In this document: positions 34,234-49,100 of the stretch, in pieces
Layout: the number at the start of each line of letters is the position of its first letter
Numbering within the stretch: the stretch's first letter is position 1
Source of the DNA: Takakia lepidozioides
Lineage: Eukaryota > Plantae > Bryophyta
Assembly: GCA_030704615.1 (NCBI GenBank)
Contig: CM060731.1
Span: 24,676,001 to 24,740,000 of the forward strand
Length of the DNA stretch: 64,000 nucleotides
Reading direction: 5' to 3'
The notes under the pieces: generated by a model
Database searches by the model: none
What the model saw: the letters and a program-made list of their open reading frames with translations, nothing else
What the model was told of the DNA's origin: nothing
Position numbers and translations under genes: made by a program

Positions 34234-37200
34234 ATGGCGCATCCAGTAGAGTGGGCATGGCGGGTCCGCTGCTCGTACAAGAGGGCGACATTGGTGGTGT
34301 GTGCCGGAAACTTGCTGGTGGCGCTCTACATGTTGCATGCTCTGCTAGTCCCTCTCTACCTTCCCGCCACTCCTGCTTCGACTGTCAACCTCATCCGCCA
34401 CCAGGATGGTTCGTCGTTTGCTCTTCTTTATGTGCGAATTGCGATTGGCTTTGAGTGATTTATGTTCTTGGTTCTCGGCGTGGATTCGTAATTGCATTAC
34501 GTGTATGTCTTTTCCATTCCGATCTGTGTTTGCAGTCATTTGTAGGAAATTGGCACACGCAGATCAACCTTCTTGTGATGCGTCCATGTACTCTCTCTCT
34601 CGCGTAAGCCATGTATAGGTGCGCAGTCATAGAGGACGGGATGACAGGTTTGCAGTCATTTGTAGGAAATTGGCACACGCAGATCAATCTTCTTGTGATG
34701 CGTCCATGTACAGATGAAGCCATGATAGGTACTCACAAGCGCAACTTAATCGCATAAAGGAAGCTAATGAGGCACGCCGTGATGCGGAACCCCTTGAGCT
34801 GATTCAACGAGTGAGTAGGCCTCGTCCTTTCTATGCTATTTATATTTGTGTAAGTTGAAGATGCTTGCTTAGCTACAGATTGTCGTTTTCGGGCTCCGTA
34901 GTCTATGGGTTGTGGTCGGACATATAGTTGCTAAGCATGTGCTGGAATGTGGGGAAGGTGAAGGAGATACAAGAAGCGTCAGAGTTGGAGATTACCAGAA
35001 ATAAGATAACCGGGGCCGCACGTCAGAAGGTGGCGGCAGAGCTTGCCCAGCGCTTGCGCGAGCTCAAACTCAAGAGCCAAACCAACCAGCAAGGTCATCC
35101 CAATTGGGATCTTAACCCGCCCTATCTTTTCGCCCTTTTGTGCAGAATGAAAAGCATTACTGTTGGATGTTGTCCAAGAACTCCAGGCATTTGGAAGGAG
35201 CCCCAGGATCCTGTGCTGTTTGAACCGGGAAGCTTCTACTTTCAATTCCTCTAGACACTGTTAGGACCACATCCTGGAAAATTGAGGCCGGAATCAAACG
35301 ATTGCTTTTGCAGACCATTGTGGGGCAATCAAAGTGTAGACATAGTAGTCTTGGCAACCTTTCCAAAAGCTGGTACTTGGGCAACCACCCAGGATTGGCT
35401 CAGTGCAATGCATATGAATTAAGATTGCACAGATGCATGCGCTTTTGTCTTCTTCTTCCATCCTGCTTGACCTTGGCATAATTACTTGCCGAGAACTGAG
35501 CAACAGCTAGATTGTTTGAGTATTTGGTGTTATTTTTGTGCAGGATTGACAGACAAACCTAATAGGCTAACAAACAAAGTTACATATTTTTCAGCCACTT
35601 CCCAATTCATAAATCTTGTGACGCGTCTGTAAGAGATAAGTCTGCATGACCTTGAAGAAAGCACCTTGTGGTGGCAATTGTACTCAGATATGTCACTGCA
35701 TTGTGTTGGGAGGAGGGAGTTTTCTACTTTGCTTAGCATAGTACAGGGTTATCTTATAGTCAGTACTGCCATTCACTCGATGGATGGACGATAATAGGAG
35801 GAGGGTGGGGAAGGGTTAGGGGTTGATGGGCGGAATGCATATGGTGGGTGCAGCACTTGATGATTGGAGGAGAAAAAAGCTGGAAGGTGCTAAAAAACGG
35901 GAAGCTGCTGCAAAAGCTGCACAAGTGAAAGAGGAAAAGGTGGAAAGTGCAGTTCATGCACAGGGTATGTGTTCTATAAGTAATACTAGCTTGGTGCCAA
36001 GTTGACTAGGTACTGTTTTTCTTTGAACTGCCAGTTTGCTTTTACTACTTGGGGGAAGAGCTGTGGCCCAAAAGTTGGTGCAAGCCAAGGACGTGTATTC
36101 ATGTTCTGGGCCACATGAGCAGAGGATGCGACCAAAACAGAGGTGCAGAAATGGCAGCCTATGGATGAAGCGACACTGGCTGAACTTGGTCTTTCCGATG
36201 TTGAGGAGGAAGGTGGTGGAATGCTGCGGAAGGGAGCTGAAATCGGTAGGTACAACCAGCTCATTGTTTTACCCGGTCAACAAGATGTTTCCAGCATTGA
36301 TTGAGGGATCCTTCAAGTTTTCATTACAACCTCTAAAGGTGCTGCTCTTGGTATCAGGATACAATTTGAAGGGTGTTTGTAGTGAAGAGGAGTTGGGCTG
36401 TTTGAAGAATAGTATGGAAAATGCACACTTTGCAATCAGTGAGCATATTCAGCCCGTAGAGGATTCAATGCCCTTGCCTAAGTATGCTGAATAGTGCAAA
36501 TCATGTCAGACTTGGTCCTTACACTCGAAGGGTTGATGTATTGAGATTAGGATCTGTCGAAGTAGTCCCTCCCAGAACTGAAGACAGCATTACTTCCCTT
36601 TGTCCTAATGAAATCCTGGGAAAATACTGGTGTCTTTCTAGTGGTTCCTCTAGTCTGGCAGAAAACTTTTCAGTTATAAGCACCTGAAGTGCTAAAAGGT
36701 GTACCTGCATGAGGCACTCTGATTTCATGCAACATGTATGGTTGGATTTGTTGTTTGAAGTCCATGGTTCTACTGTGTTGTGCTTCTGTATCCCATGGGC
36801 TTCTTGGCCTACCATGGATGTAGTAAAGTCTCTCTCACTTCCCCCTGTACATCTGTGAAGGGGTTCGCTTACACCTTTCACACCATTTATTACTTCTGTT
36901 GGAGGCCCAATGTTGCTGTCCCTACTATTTCTACCTCTTCTTGGAGGAGGAGGTGGCTGGTAACGAGTAGGTTCACAGGTGAGCCAAAGAACGCAGGGTA
37001 TGTGAGGGGGTTATGCAGAGTGATCTACTGATGCAATATTGTTGTGGGTGTGGGAGGATGCAGAGGATGGAATTATTCCAGGGAGGTCAGTGCCTGCTGT
37101 CTGTCAGGCAGAGGCACATACAGACTATGATGGGGTGGCCGTTCGATGGGGTCTCACACATCATACAGAAAGTGCAGCTGACTGTTGTGAGGCATGTATG

Positions 37201-38374
37201 GACCAGGCCCGTGGTGCCCGGGAGGGAGAGAAGAAATGCAATGTTTGGGTATTTTGCCCAGCTGAGGAGGGCTGCTTTTCTCCTGATATATATGAGCACA
37301 AGCACCAGGAGTGTTGGCTTAAGCAGGTTGGATTCTTCTCTCCTCTCTTCAATAGCAGTGATGTCAAGTGTTCCCATATGGAAAGTTTTGGCATTTTCAC
37401 AGTCCTACATACCCCTCAGTCTTAGATGGTCTCTGAGTAGGAACGGAAGGGAGGGATTCAGCAGTCACAAAATGTTGTAATGGTTGGGTACGAATCATGT
37501 CCTAAGGCGCACATCCAGAACTTCAGCCTAATTGTGCTTTTCAAGTTTTGAGCTCAAATATCAACATGTTGATTATGTTCCTTTTGTGCAGTGATGTTGT
37601 CATCCCTCCTGTGTGCCTTCCTGGTTGAAAGAACTACAGTGTAAAAGCACCACCTTCCAACCCTAAGGCAATCAACCCTGCAGTAAGCTTATGCATCAAG
37701 GTCTGTAGTGATAAGGCAAATTTGTGCTGAACTTCATGCTCTCTGCCTAGCCTGGCTTAAGATGGCCTGGACATGCCTATGCCTGAAGCTGGAAATTTCT
37801 ATCCTGCAAGGACTGCACGCTACCTATATTAGATGCTCTAATTCCATCAATCATTCTGATTTCTTTGGCTTGCAACTGCTGCCTGGCAAAGTGCAATTCT
37901 GCACCTATATTTTTCTCAGTAGGCTTTGGTTGCAATGACTACATCTGGATAATGACAAAAGAATAAAAGTTACACCCATGAATTTCATGGAAACGAAACA
38001 TGGGTTTTGTGAGTTCTGCTGCTTTCTGTGATCTGGGGCACACTTGGGTTTCCAAAGTAAAACAACAATTGCAAAATAAGTCTCAAATGCTGCTTTATGT
38101 CTTCCTGGTTTTATCTGGCATTTGTGACATGCCCGACAACCAGTATTCCAGTGCTTGGTTAGTTGGGTTTGTTCTAGTTCAGCTATTGATAACATGTGCT
38201 ATGTGGAAGAACGTTATCAACAAAATGATGTGTTTTAATAGGTGCAGTGGTGGTGAATTGCAGACGGATAGCCCGCAACTTAACTTCAAGGGGAGGTATA
38301 ATGAAGAATACCGGCAGCAACATCCCACTGCCCCCCTTATTGTTCCCTGGGTCTCAGGGGTGATACAATCATGA
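34234..38374 (+). CDS. Conserved plant type II membrane protein with coiled-coil stalk and C-terminal PAN/Apple-like domain
   Basis: Exon 1 CSYKRATLVVCAGNLLVALYML (TM anchor); exons ~34729-34810, 34958-35092, 35854-35964, 36124-36245, 37063-37326 (HTDYDGVAVRWG...SAADCCEAC...CNVWVFCP...ECWLKQ) and 38264-38374 (VPWVSGV). Junction after exon 1 unresolved. Confidence 0.85.
34528..34711 (+). repeat. 64-bp direct repeat (1 mismatch, 120-bp offset) in the first intron region
   Basis: GTTTGCAGTCATTTGTAGG...GCGTCCATGTAC at 34528-34591 and 34648-34711. Confidence 0.95.
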
Positions 38375-39911
38375 CAAGCATTTTTTCTTTTCAGCATTCC
38401 TGTTCTGCGTGCTTTGTGCAGTATGTGGCTTGGAAGCTGTTATACTATATTGTCCTCAAGTGCACCTTCAGTAAAGACTAGCTTGGATGGCAACATAATG
38501 TATCTAATTTGTTGTAGATGTGAATGCTCTAGCATTCTTACAAGTTGTCAGGGTGCTGAGGAGCCCAGAGAACGGTACCGTAATGAACTTCTCTTGCTGC
38601 TTAGGTACTACTTAGGTTGGTTATGGAGGATACATGGTCTTTTCTCAAATGAAACAATGCACCAACCTGTTTGTCCTCTCGCCTCTTGGTGTGGAATTCA
38701 CTCTTTCAGCCCAAAGTCTTACCCAGATGGCACCTACCAAGTCCAATTTATGAATTAGACTTCCCAAGGTGGTTGAACCTCTTGAGGTGCTTTGTATTCC
38801 GCAAATGCAGGCGTAGTTCACATTATACAGAGGTTGGTCATGATGGATACTTGCTCAAAAGTTGAATGGACACCACATCAATAACACCGGGCTGTACCCG
38901 ACCTCAAGAAGTTCATTTGACCATATTTGCCCACGGCAGTGGAAAACTGGTGGGGGAGACTTGACAATGGGGCTGACTGGACAAACTTCTTAGTTGTCTG
39001 CTTTTGCATCCCACATGTACATGCATTGGAGGAGCTTCTCCAGCCTTGTTACCCTGCATCCTTGTAGCAGATGGGCCACACTGCGCATTCCCATTTCTAT
39101 TACAAAAGCAGACATCTTTCAAGCCTGATGCGGAAGTTGCAAAGATGATGCCACAAAGAATTTTTCACATTCACAAACATTCAACTCCAGATTAGGGTCT
39201 CGAAGACTGAGGGGATCACAATGCACAACATAACGAAACTTGGGACACAGGTTCACCTATAACCTTCATCTAAGCAATTCATTATACACAAAACACCACA
39301 GAATAGGCTGCACAAGTAAAGCTTATTGTGTTCTCACAAAGTGACGCAAATGTGACAATGACCTCTATAGCCAGTCTGTAGCAAAATACTTTGTGATGCA
39401 AGGGACAGCTCGAGGGACCGAATATGACATTGGAAGCTTTTCCACTTTACCAATTGTAAACAGAAGAAAGATATAATGGAGAGCCCTGTTGCACCAGTAC
39501 AACCTTAATGGTTGATCCCCAGTGTACCTCAGCTTCCTGCCCAGATAGGGCTAATCACTCAAAACCACCAGAATGCACAATGTTGAGTCCTATTATCCAT
39601 GATTGGACTCTGACCCTATGGTTGCCTGCACTCTTCAGCTACTCTTTAGGGTCAAAATCGCAACTTCTTCACAACAGAGTCGCTCAAGGGCTCCTACTAT
39701 GTATCCAGAAACTGACCTAATGCAAAGGTCCAGAGATCAAAAGACTGTAGCACCGCTTCCAAGCCTCAAAGTATGGTCAAATACTACATGGATAGATAGA
39801 AGCAGCCTCAATGTACTTCCGATTCCTACGCCACTACAGAAGTTTAAACTCCAGATCTGCACTCAAAATAATCTTTCTTCAAGTTTCTACAAAATTTATT
39901 GCCATATTTGA

Positions 39912-41518
39912 CTATGTGCCCATGAACTGTGCCAACTTTCGTGTGGCTGATTTGCTTACTTTGTCTCCTTTGCTCTTCGAAACTTTCTTACTGGTCTTTT
40001 TTGCTTCCGTCACTACAGCTGTGTCACCTGGGGTATCAACTTTAGCTTGTTCCTTGTCCACTGACCTCTCACCCACTTTGGCCTCAGTCCCACTGGCCTC
40101 AACCACGACCTCTCCCAGTCCCTCAGTCATTGGCCTCACTCTCCAGTCTTTGGCTTCTTGACCGTTCTGTGTCAAAACAGCGACCCCTGCAACAGAATGT
40201 TCCACACCAACCTTGTTATCACTCATGTCAGGGCCTGCAGACAAGTACCTGCTCTAAGTTTATGCATGGCTGGCTTCCCCCTTATATGTGTGACAAAGAA
40301 TGATTGGGAGTGCATATATTTCATTGCCATGCTGTCCGTAATCACAGCAGGCAGTGCCAGATAAACAAGCATATCCACTTAGTGGGAGCCAATTGAGTAA
40401 CAACGATTCAATGATTCAGATCATTTGCCTAGATCTGCACCATCATCTATCTCAATGTGTGTAGCTAGCTATCATCTACAACAACTCCTGGGCCCCGAAA
40501 ATGTCCGAAGACACATTAAATCACAAAAAAAATGCCTTTAGCACATCACCCTGCTGAAAATGTCAGCAGCACAAGCACCGTGCACAGGCTGCGACATCTG
40601 TCCCAACAATCAGAGTCAGTTTTGTGGAAAACGCTAACGGACATTCATTCCAAGCTTTCTTGAAGTTCTTGCAGCTTAACTCCCTGGTAATTGCTGCCAA
40701 AAAACTCCTGACAGACATTTGCAGCCAAGTGTCCATTACATTAAGCTTGCTAAAGTGTTCCATTAAGCAGAGATCTGGCTGAATCAAAGTTTGAAGGTGT
40801 AGATCTGAGGACTCGCAGCTAAAACTCTCTTCTGAGTAGTGCACAATTAAGGAAAATCCTACAAAGACGTCTACGTACATTAAGTAGGTGGTGTTGCATA
40901 ACGCACAGATCTGGCGTTAAAGATGCTCAATTTACTTTTGAGGTGTGGAACTGGGGACGCAGCTCGACCTCTCTCTCTTAAGAAGTGAAAATATAGCGAG
41001 AACACATAGAACGCGAGATTAGCACAAGCCTGAAACAAAGTAACAAATCTCGCACAGTTTTCCGACATAGATCTCTGTTCCAATACACAAAGCCCTGCTG
41101 AGGAAGTTTGAAAGGCTGTATCACCACTCCTCTCTTTAGCAGTTGCATGGCTACGACACGTGAAATCTGAATGTTGGGCAAGCTTTACATCTTGACAACA
41201 AATCAATCCTTCTGGCATCATTCAAGGCCATCATAGCTTCGGCTCCGAGTAAGATCAAAGATCATCATCTGATCACATCATCCAACCCATCCGTGACACG
41301 CCCATCGATCACCCACCATACGTGTGTGACAAGGTTGGGAGAGGAGGGAGAAAGTACCCACCATCCCTCTGCTTTTCCTCCGGTATCACTTCTCGAACTT
41401 CCTGTATGCTGGCAGACAGTTTCCAGTACAGCGGCCTGCCGAGGTAAAAGACAACCACCATCAATGCTACCCCCACCGCCACCCGCAAACCCAGCCGCAC
41501 TGACGCATTCCTACCCAT
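39912..41518 (-). CDS. Small single-pass membrane protein of a conserved plant family (GRPLYWKLSA motif), ~159 aa
   Basis: Exon 41518-41362 (MGRN...VALMVVVFYLGRPLYWKLSASIQEVR) joins in frame via GT-AG to 40234-39912 (...SATRKLAQFMGT*). Confidence 0.75.
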
Positions 41519-41564
41519 GCTGCCTCTCTTCCTCCCTCCCTCGCCTGCACTCTATGCAAGTAGT

Positions 41565-41597
41565 CCTCCTCCTCCTCCTCCTCCTCCTCCTCCTCCT
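41565..41597. repeat. (CCT)11 microsatellite in the probable 5' UTR of the small membrane-protein gene
   Basis: Read directly from the sequence. Confidence 0.9.
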
Positions 41598-43171
41598 TCC
41601 CACGCACACCCACAAGACCTCGAGCCCACCAGTCTGCCGTGCCCCTTTGCCAAGGGCTGGCAGTGTGCTACAGTTACTCCTCTGCCCTTACTAAATCAAC
41701 ACATAATCCCCTTCTTTGCATGTGGGTCTCTATCTCATCAAGCAAACTATTTTGCTGAGAAACATGTTTCAATGTACTTGCAACACGTTGCCACGTTTCC
41801 TTGATGGGCCCACGCCCATGCTGTTCACTCAGATCTCAATGTCCATGATAGGCTTACTTACATTGGCTTTTAGAGATATAGAGAAGACTCCCGCCAAAGA
41901 CAGGATTATGGAGACTCGGAGTTCCACTTGCTTGAGAGCCTTTCAAGTGTAGCCCATCAAAACTCTATTCCCTCTTTCCATTTGTCTCAGCAAAGAAGAT
42001 AACCCCCATTTCCATACATTGATTAAGAGACATATAGAGAGAGAAAACTCCAGTAGTTTGGAGGAGCATTGTTTCGGTGAAATTTACAGTGAACTATTCT
42101 GACCATGACGTGGCATGTGGTATGAGTATTAGAATTGCCAGATGTCAAGACTTAATTTGGTCACCAACATGGTTTGAAGGGTGAAGTGGGGTGTGGCAGG
42201 ATTGAGAGCGCACTTATTAGGCTCAAAAATTCACAAAGACAAGGGATGGCCGAGGACGAGGCAATGTAGCTTGGAGAGGAGGAGGAGACAAGGAGGAGAC
42301 AGAGGTCGTGGTGAAGATCGTAACCAAAACCAAGGAGCACGAGGTCGAGGTCAGGATGAGGGTGATATGACCAAGGCATAGTGGAGAGGCTTGCCCAACT
42401 AGAGCAACGATTTGCTGCCATGGCCACTACCCATGTTGCGCCAACTCCAAGGCCTGAGATTTAGGGCATAAGGAGGCCCATTGGTATCACTTGCATCCTA
42501 AGCTGCCGCCAGGCCCTGATCGTGAGGCCTTTATCTTTGCCACCAATTTCTGAACTAGTTACTTGTAGGCCCGGTTACAATGATCTGAAGAGGAGATGGT
42601 TGGGAGTATCAACAAACCTTGAAGCTAGGGATGTGGGAGCATATATATTACAGGGAGTTGCATTGCGAGGGATGCGGTTCTCATATTTGCGACCACGTGA
42701 TAGAGGGCAATCCCACCTACTAATCTACATTACATTACACAACTTCTACCACATTTGGTCACAAGGGCAGGACCATGAAAACGAGGGTCTTTATGTGTGC
42801 AGCAAATAATGAACAACCAAGAAAGTGCAAACAAAATCTCAAGCAGAGAAAGGGCAACAGCTTATTTCTGTAACTATAGCTCAATTTTCATGCACAGTGA
42901 TGTGACACCTGTTGTGAAGACCTGCAAAAAGCCTGACATACTTCCTATCCATCTAACTCACCTACCAAATCCCATGCTTGGGCTACTGGTACAGAAATTC
43001 TACTCCTAAATCTTTGGTCTGCCTTATGGCCCTATGGTAAATGTATGCCAGCACAGCTTCACTATACTTGAGAACCACAGTTTTCATACCAGCTAAAACA
43101 ATCCTGGTGGAATGTCAAAAAGGAGCAGCAAAATGTATCTAGACACAGATTTCCAACAAATCAAGTGATAC

Positions 43172-46100
43172 TCAATTGATGTCCATGATATCCCCGCCGA
43201 CTAGAGTGTCACTTTCATGGCGTACCGCATTGTACTTGTCCGCAAGTGACCCTGATTTCACCACATTGTTCATGAAAGCCTTGAATCGTGCAGTGGGTTC
43301 GCCGCTGCTAGTGACATTACCAACTACATCAGTACAGTATAAAGCTCACTGGGCGTCAACAATATCAATGACTGCATGACAATTTTCTCTAAAGCTTTGA
43401 AAGGAAGGAAGGAGGCAAAGAAATCGTACGTGATCCGATTAAGGGAATCAATGGCACGAAGCGCACTGCGAATCATGTCCTCATTGCGGTCCACTTCTTG
43501 CTTAACAGCATCTGGCTTTGTCTTGTTTGTCACAGTCTTCTCCAAAGGATCCACCAGTGCATCCATTACTGCAACAATGGCATAAGCTCCACAAACTCAG
43601 CATACAACTCATCCTTCACGGGAAGTTGCCAAGAAAAGCAAACATGGAAACAACACATTACCATACCAAAGTGATGATGTTTTACCAGCCAAAACTGCAG
43701 ACCCGCACTTGCCAGCTAACTTGGATAAAATAAGGTGACACGGCATTTTCACGTCGTAGTGATCTGCATCCAGCCCCATATCCATCTACAAAGCTATAGA
43801 TTAGAACTATCGTTGTAGTGGCTTATCAAATAGGATGGAAAGGAGCTGCAGAATCCTGTTGCCTGGAATATCCAAGAGTTAAGTAGGATACAAAACTGGA
43901 GGAAATGAGACAAACCTGATAAGCCAGAGAGCAAAAATGGACTAATGAAATAGGAGGAATCTATCTGATCAAGGCAATTCTCCAGAAGCGTGTCAACACA
44001 CTCGAAAGCTCCTTTCCTCAGCTCTAGCCCATCATCCACAATGTGCTTGAAGGGCCCCAGGTCCACCGTTCTTATCAGTTCTTTCTGCCCCACCCATCCC
44101 CACAAGTCCTTCAATCATGTCCATACCACACAACTTGTGGGAGATCCTTCCGGACAAGCAAAAACTGAAAATCCAAGCCCAGATGAAGGCTCTCGCAAAC
44201 AGCTCTAGGAAGTACCTTATGAGTTTGCAAAAAGAATTACAGACCTTAACAACAGTCTGGTCGTAGAGAAGAGGCAATAAAGTGGGTAGCAAGTCTTTCA
44301 CAAGCCCAGGCTTGTTATGCGCCGCTGTGCTCAATGCCGACACTGCAGCTCTCCTTACATGCTGCTCACCAAAACGGAAAAATCTGCTGTGTCACTTTCA
44401 CACTGAAGAACTTCCAACCTCAATCTCTTGAATTATTGGCACAACCTCTTGCTCGGAATATAATGCTCCCTCTACCAAAATACAAGTCTACATACAGTAT
44501 CACATAACTGTAGTGGTCATTCTTACTCTAAACCGAGTACAAGCCTCCATGACAATCAACAACCCTAAAATCAAGTGCTCTCAAAATCACAACCAACGCA
44601 CCAGAACACAAACTGATTCAGATTCACAGCATCTATTGGGGATACATGAAGTTCTACTTACCCTGTCTTCATCTTTTATGAGGAGAAGAAATGAGGCAAT
44701 ACAGGGTTTTATGAATGAATCTATAGACTGTGGACGCTCCACAATAGTATACTTTATTGCAATCACCACAGTAGCACGGGTGAAGGCCGAAAAACTGGCT
44801 GTGCGTTCCTGCAAAAATTGGTTACCATGGGCACATAAGAAAAGTGTTGGGGCAGGCTCAACAAAAGATTTAGGGCCTTAGCAGCCACAACAGGGATAAA
44901 AAATCACAATGATAGAAAGAAAATGACCATCAAATTGACTTGGGTGCTGAAAGGGCCCAGGGAAGTGCTGTTTACAAAATGTGGGTTGGTTCCTAGAGAA
45001 AATTGATTAGATGAACATATGTAACCAGCTGGACTTACCTTGAGAGCAGGTACCAACTTCTCAGGTTCAATGAGAGCCAACTTGCCTAAACACTCAGCCA
45101 CCACGTTTCGGACACCCTCCTCTTCACTCTCGCAATGTGTGAACAGCAAGCTCAATATCTTCTGGACATCTGCATCTTGCAAGTCCACTTTGCCCTCTCC
45201 ATCCAAGGATTGCCGAGCTATCACCTATAAAACCCATAACCTGGTGTTGTTTAGAGCTAGTCCTCCAACCACAATAAAAAGGAATTGGAGACTGGTGCTA
45301 GAGGAGAGCAGATGACTACCTCTTTCAAAGAATGCAGGAGCAGGTACTGCAGCTTGGCTTGGCGGTCAATTTGGCTGAGGATGAAGGGCAGATACTGAGC
45401 CAAATTCCCAACGGCAATGTTACCCAGAGCATACGATGCTGCTGCCTTGATCTCTTCAGAGGGTGATTGAAAGGACCCAATCACCACCCCTTCAACATTG
45501 GCATGAGCACTTAGGTCTTTCCGCCTCCCAATTTCTCCCAAACATAACAATGACAGAAGCTGTGTCTGCATAACCAATCGTCAAGGCTCGAGTTATCACC
45601 AATATGAAGGCATCAAAACCTCCCCTCTCTATGTCATGTGACTATTTCAAGGCATTAATGAAATTCCCATGCTTCATACAGTAGGTTTCAATACGTAAGC
45701 AAGGAATCAATATCCTTCAACATCACTAGCTGCAAAGACACCTGCGGTGTGATTGTAAGTCCCAATTTCTATGGAGGTTTGAAGTACAGCTGTTACCACT
45801 GACCGCATCTGTACCATTACTGGTCCTCAAAGTTGTGATCAACATGCCCACAGTCGAGGAGCACTTTGCATCTCCAGCGGCGACGCACAAGACAGCTGCA
45901 CACTGTGCAATGGAATGAAAAGCCTGCTTGCTAGCAGGTCCACCAGGTGTGGCTGCACTTCTAGCCGTGGAGAGGAGGGCCTCTAACAGAGTGTCAAAAC
46001 TTGTGTTTGCTGACTGTACCAGTGCCGCAAAGAAACCCTGCAATGTCTGCATCAAGTAACATTCACCCTCCTGAGCTATACAACCTACGCACTTCACCAC

Positions 46101-49100
46101 CCATGAATCGTAAGAAATACTATTCAAGGCCACATACTGATTGAAAAATATCAGTCAAATTCAACGACACAATGAGGTCAGTCAACTTGTGTCTGCCGAG
46201 ATACCTGCAATGCTTGACCCTGCAGCAAAGAGCTCTTGACAAGAATGAGGGCCTGAGGCAGGACCCTTTCACGAACAGCAGTGCCAGCATTGGCATGATG
46301 CTGCTTGTCCAACATCATGGTGCAGCAGAGTTCCAAAGCTAGTGCTGTCATGTGCAAGTCAGCATCACTGCCCCCCCACCCAATATGCTTCAAGGTCACA
46401 TGACAAGGTCCTCCACGAAAATGTAGAATTGTCCAATAAAGACCACTATTGCAAGAACTGCAAAGATAGACTGGCAGAAGCAAGGCCAGCTTAGAAGTGA
46501 AACAAAAGAAAGCTAGGTTGTTTTGACTGAGATCTCCCTACACATGTGTCTCATTGCATGATCAAAAGGCTGATCTTAGTTTGTTTGCTGTTGTGAGCTT
46601 TACCTGATAAGAGAAGATAGTTCAGTAATAATAGACTCGTAACTTGATGGGCTGATTTTGTTGCTATAAGCAATAAGTAGTGCATTCAGGGTGCCCAATG
46701 AAGCTTGACGCAGAGCTCGGTTGGCCTATCATACCATTGTCCCAGAAACAATACCCCACACACTCAAATTTCGAAGTAAAAGATTCGAACAAGGGTATCA
46801 TCAGCAGTTCAGTAACACTCAGACTTAGCGGGACAGGACCTGCACCAAGCTCAAGATGAAAAAGCATGTACTTATACCAGACATGTTGCCAATACAATGC
46901 ACCATCCCACAGCAAAAGTAAGATGGTCCCTCAGCAAATAAAGCCTGATGAAGTAAGATGATCCATACCTTGCGCAAAAATGTTGTGAGCTCTGATACAA
47001 CTTGTTCTAGTACTGATGACAAGTCTATATTTAAAGGAGACTCGGCAATAGTTGCAAAGGCCTGCAACAACAGAAACAGCCAAAAGGCAAATTTACACTC
47101 TACACACATTCATTCTGGCGTGGATGTCTCCACACTCAAATATCCTTTGCTCCATGTACACAGTGCCTTAAACACAGAGACTGAGCGATGTAAAAAGGTT
47201 TCCTATCCATTCATACCTTGACAGCAGTGAGACGAGTAATCTCATTGCGCAAGCGTTCCAGGAGCAATGGTAAGCATATTCCCAGCTCCTTCTTTAAATG
47301 ATCTCCCAGGATGGATATCACGAGACCCATACATGAAATTGCACACTCCTTCACTTCCTGAACTGCCCTACTAGTCCGTTAGTTCTCCTGTGAAAGCCAA
47401 GCTTGTTGCAAAACTCCACAACATTTCCAACAATACTATACCACCATACTAATAAGAACATCTACCATAACTCCAAGGCCTATAAGAATGCATCTTTTGG
47501 AAGTAACTACATATAATTATTACAAACAAAGAGGAGCACACACCTGATCCTGGTCTTGAGCTGTCAATCGCTTCAAGATAGCGTTGTAGATAGGTTGCAC
47601 ATAGGGTACGAAGTTGAATACAGGAGGCTGCAGATTCATACAACAAATTGGTTTTTTAAATTTGGCACATCTCTCACCACCACTGGACTAGATTGGTAAG
47701 CCTGCTTCATGTTCCTACTCTTAGACAAAGACCATACCTGGGAAGTCTCCAGCCACAAATGCTCAGAACATAGGGCAGAAAGATTGTCCTAGCAGACTTA
47801 ATCCTATTGAAAAGAAAGAGAGAAGAATCAAGAAAACTGACTCACTATGATAATCAAGAGAGGCGCAGTGATGCAAACTTACAGGTTCATAGCTAGGTCG
47901 GATTGCCTTAACTAGTTCCCCACAAACTCGAAGAGCCTCTGCAGTCACTTTGTAGTACCGCTCCCCAACTGCAGAAAGCACTGGCCCTGACAACGCCTGC
48001 AGTACAACAATTCAGAAAAAGGCATCTACACATCCCCACCCATCAACAGTCTTCTGATACAACAGTATTCTGATAGATTAGGACCCGTCAACCACATACT
48101 CTATACTACATTAGTCAGCAGGCAACCTGATTACCCACCCTGATATGTGGATGAAACACTGATGGTGAATGTGATGCCATCACCAGTCTTGTGAATACCA
48201 ATGCTTCAATCTTTAAATTGGAATTCGATGACTTGTCCTGGTTGCAACAAGACAACGTGTCAGCAGTACAACCCACAGGCAGAAAAAACAGAAGTATATT
48301 TTGAAAAGAGGCGACTAGCAAGGAGTGCTTCTGACTTACGTTAAGTGCCTTCTCTATGCCAGGCACCAAGGATGCCATATGATCTGATAAGGAGTTTGGA
48401 AGCACAATCACCAACTCCTTCAACACCGAAAATGCCCCCACCTGCACATGGCGTCAGCACCCAAATGCACCACTCAATATGATTAAATATTCCTTGATGT
48501 AGTAAAACTCAGCAACCACAGGCAAAGAACTTCCTCGAACAATTAGCTGCTGCCTTTTAAATGCCAGCACGTTGCACCACATCTGACAGGCATATAAGAC
48601 TCAAATGGGAAACTTGCCTTAGTCTTTACTGATTTCTCACGGAGCTGCTTGTTCAGCGACTTCACCACTTTGGGCACCTCCTGCTGTAAGACATACAGCG
48701 GGCTGCCCCATGTCCTATTCATGTCAGCTATAACATTCCTAACACCACTGGCAGCTGTCAATTTGATGTCTCACCAAACTGTCCAATGTCCCTAACTGAA
48801 TTGTCCTTGACGCTCTCAAGAAGCCACTGAAGGAGGACACAATCACAAAACCCCTGCTTAGCGCTCTACAAACCAAGATCGGAGAGAAATGATGGTAGGG
48901 CAAGCCTGTTTGGGAAAGAAAAAACCAACTAGGAAACAACTGGAGCACCCAAAGCATAGTGAGACAAAGAGGAGGATGCGTCACCTTGATGATCTGATGT
49001 CCCCAGAGCCTTTGGTTACATTTCCAGTTTGCCGCAGCAAGTCAATGAATGCATTGAAGACATCAATCTGGAGGCAGACAATTGAAGCCCTGAGAAGTTG

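Noticed and set aside
41517-41804. Poly-proline ORF
   Set aside because: Product of the (CCT)11 microsatellite on the antisense strand of a 5' UTR.
42181-42490. Retrotransposon gag start (RG-rich stretch, IVERLAQLEQRFAAM, partial TGGTATCA)
   Set aside because: Suggestive, but no diagnostic gag motif or LTR pair; too weak to call.
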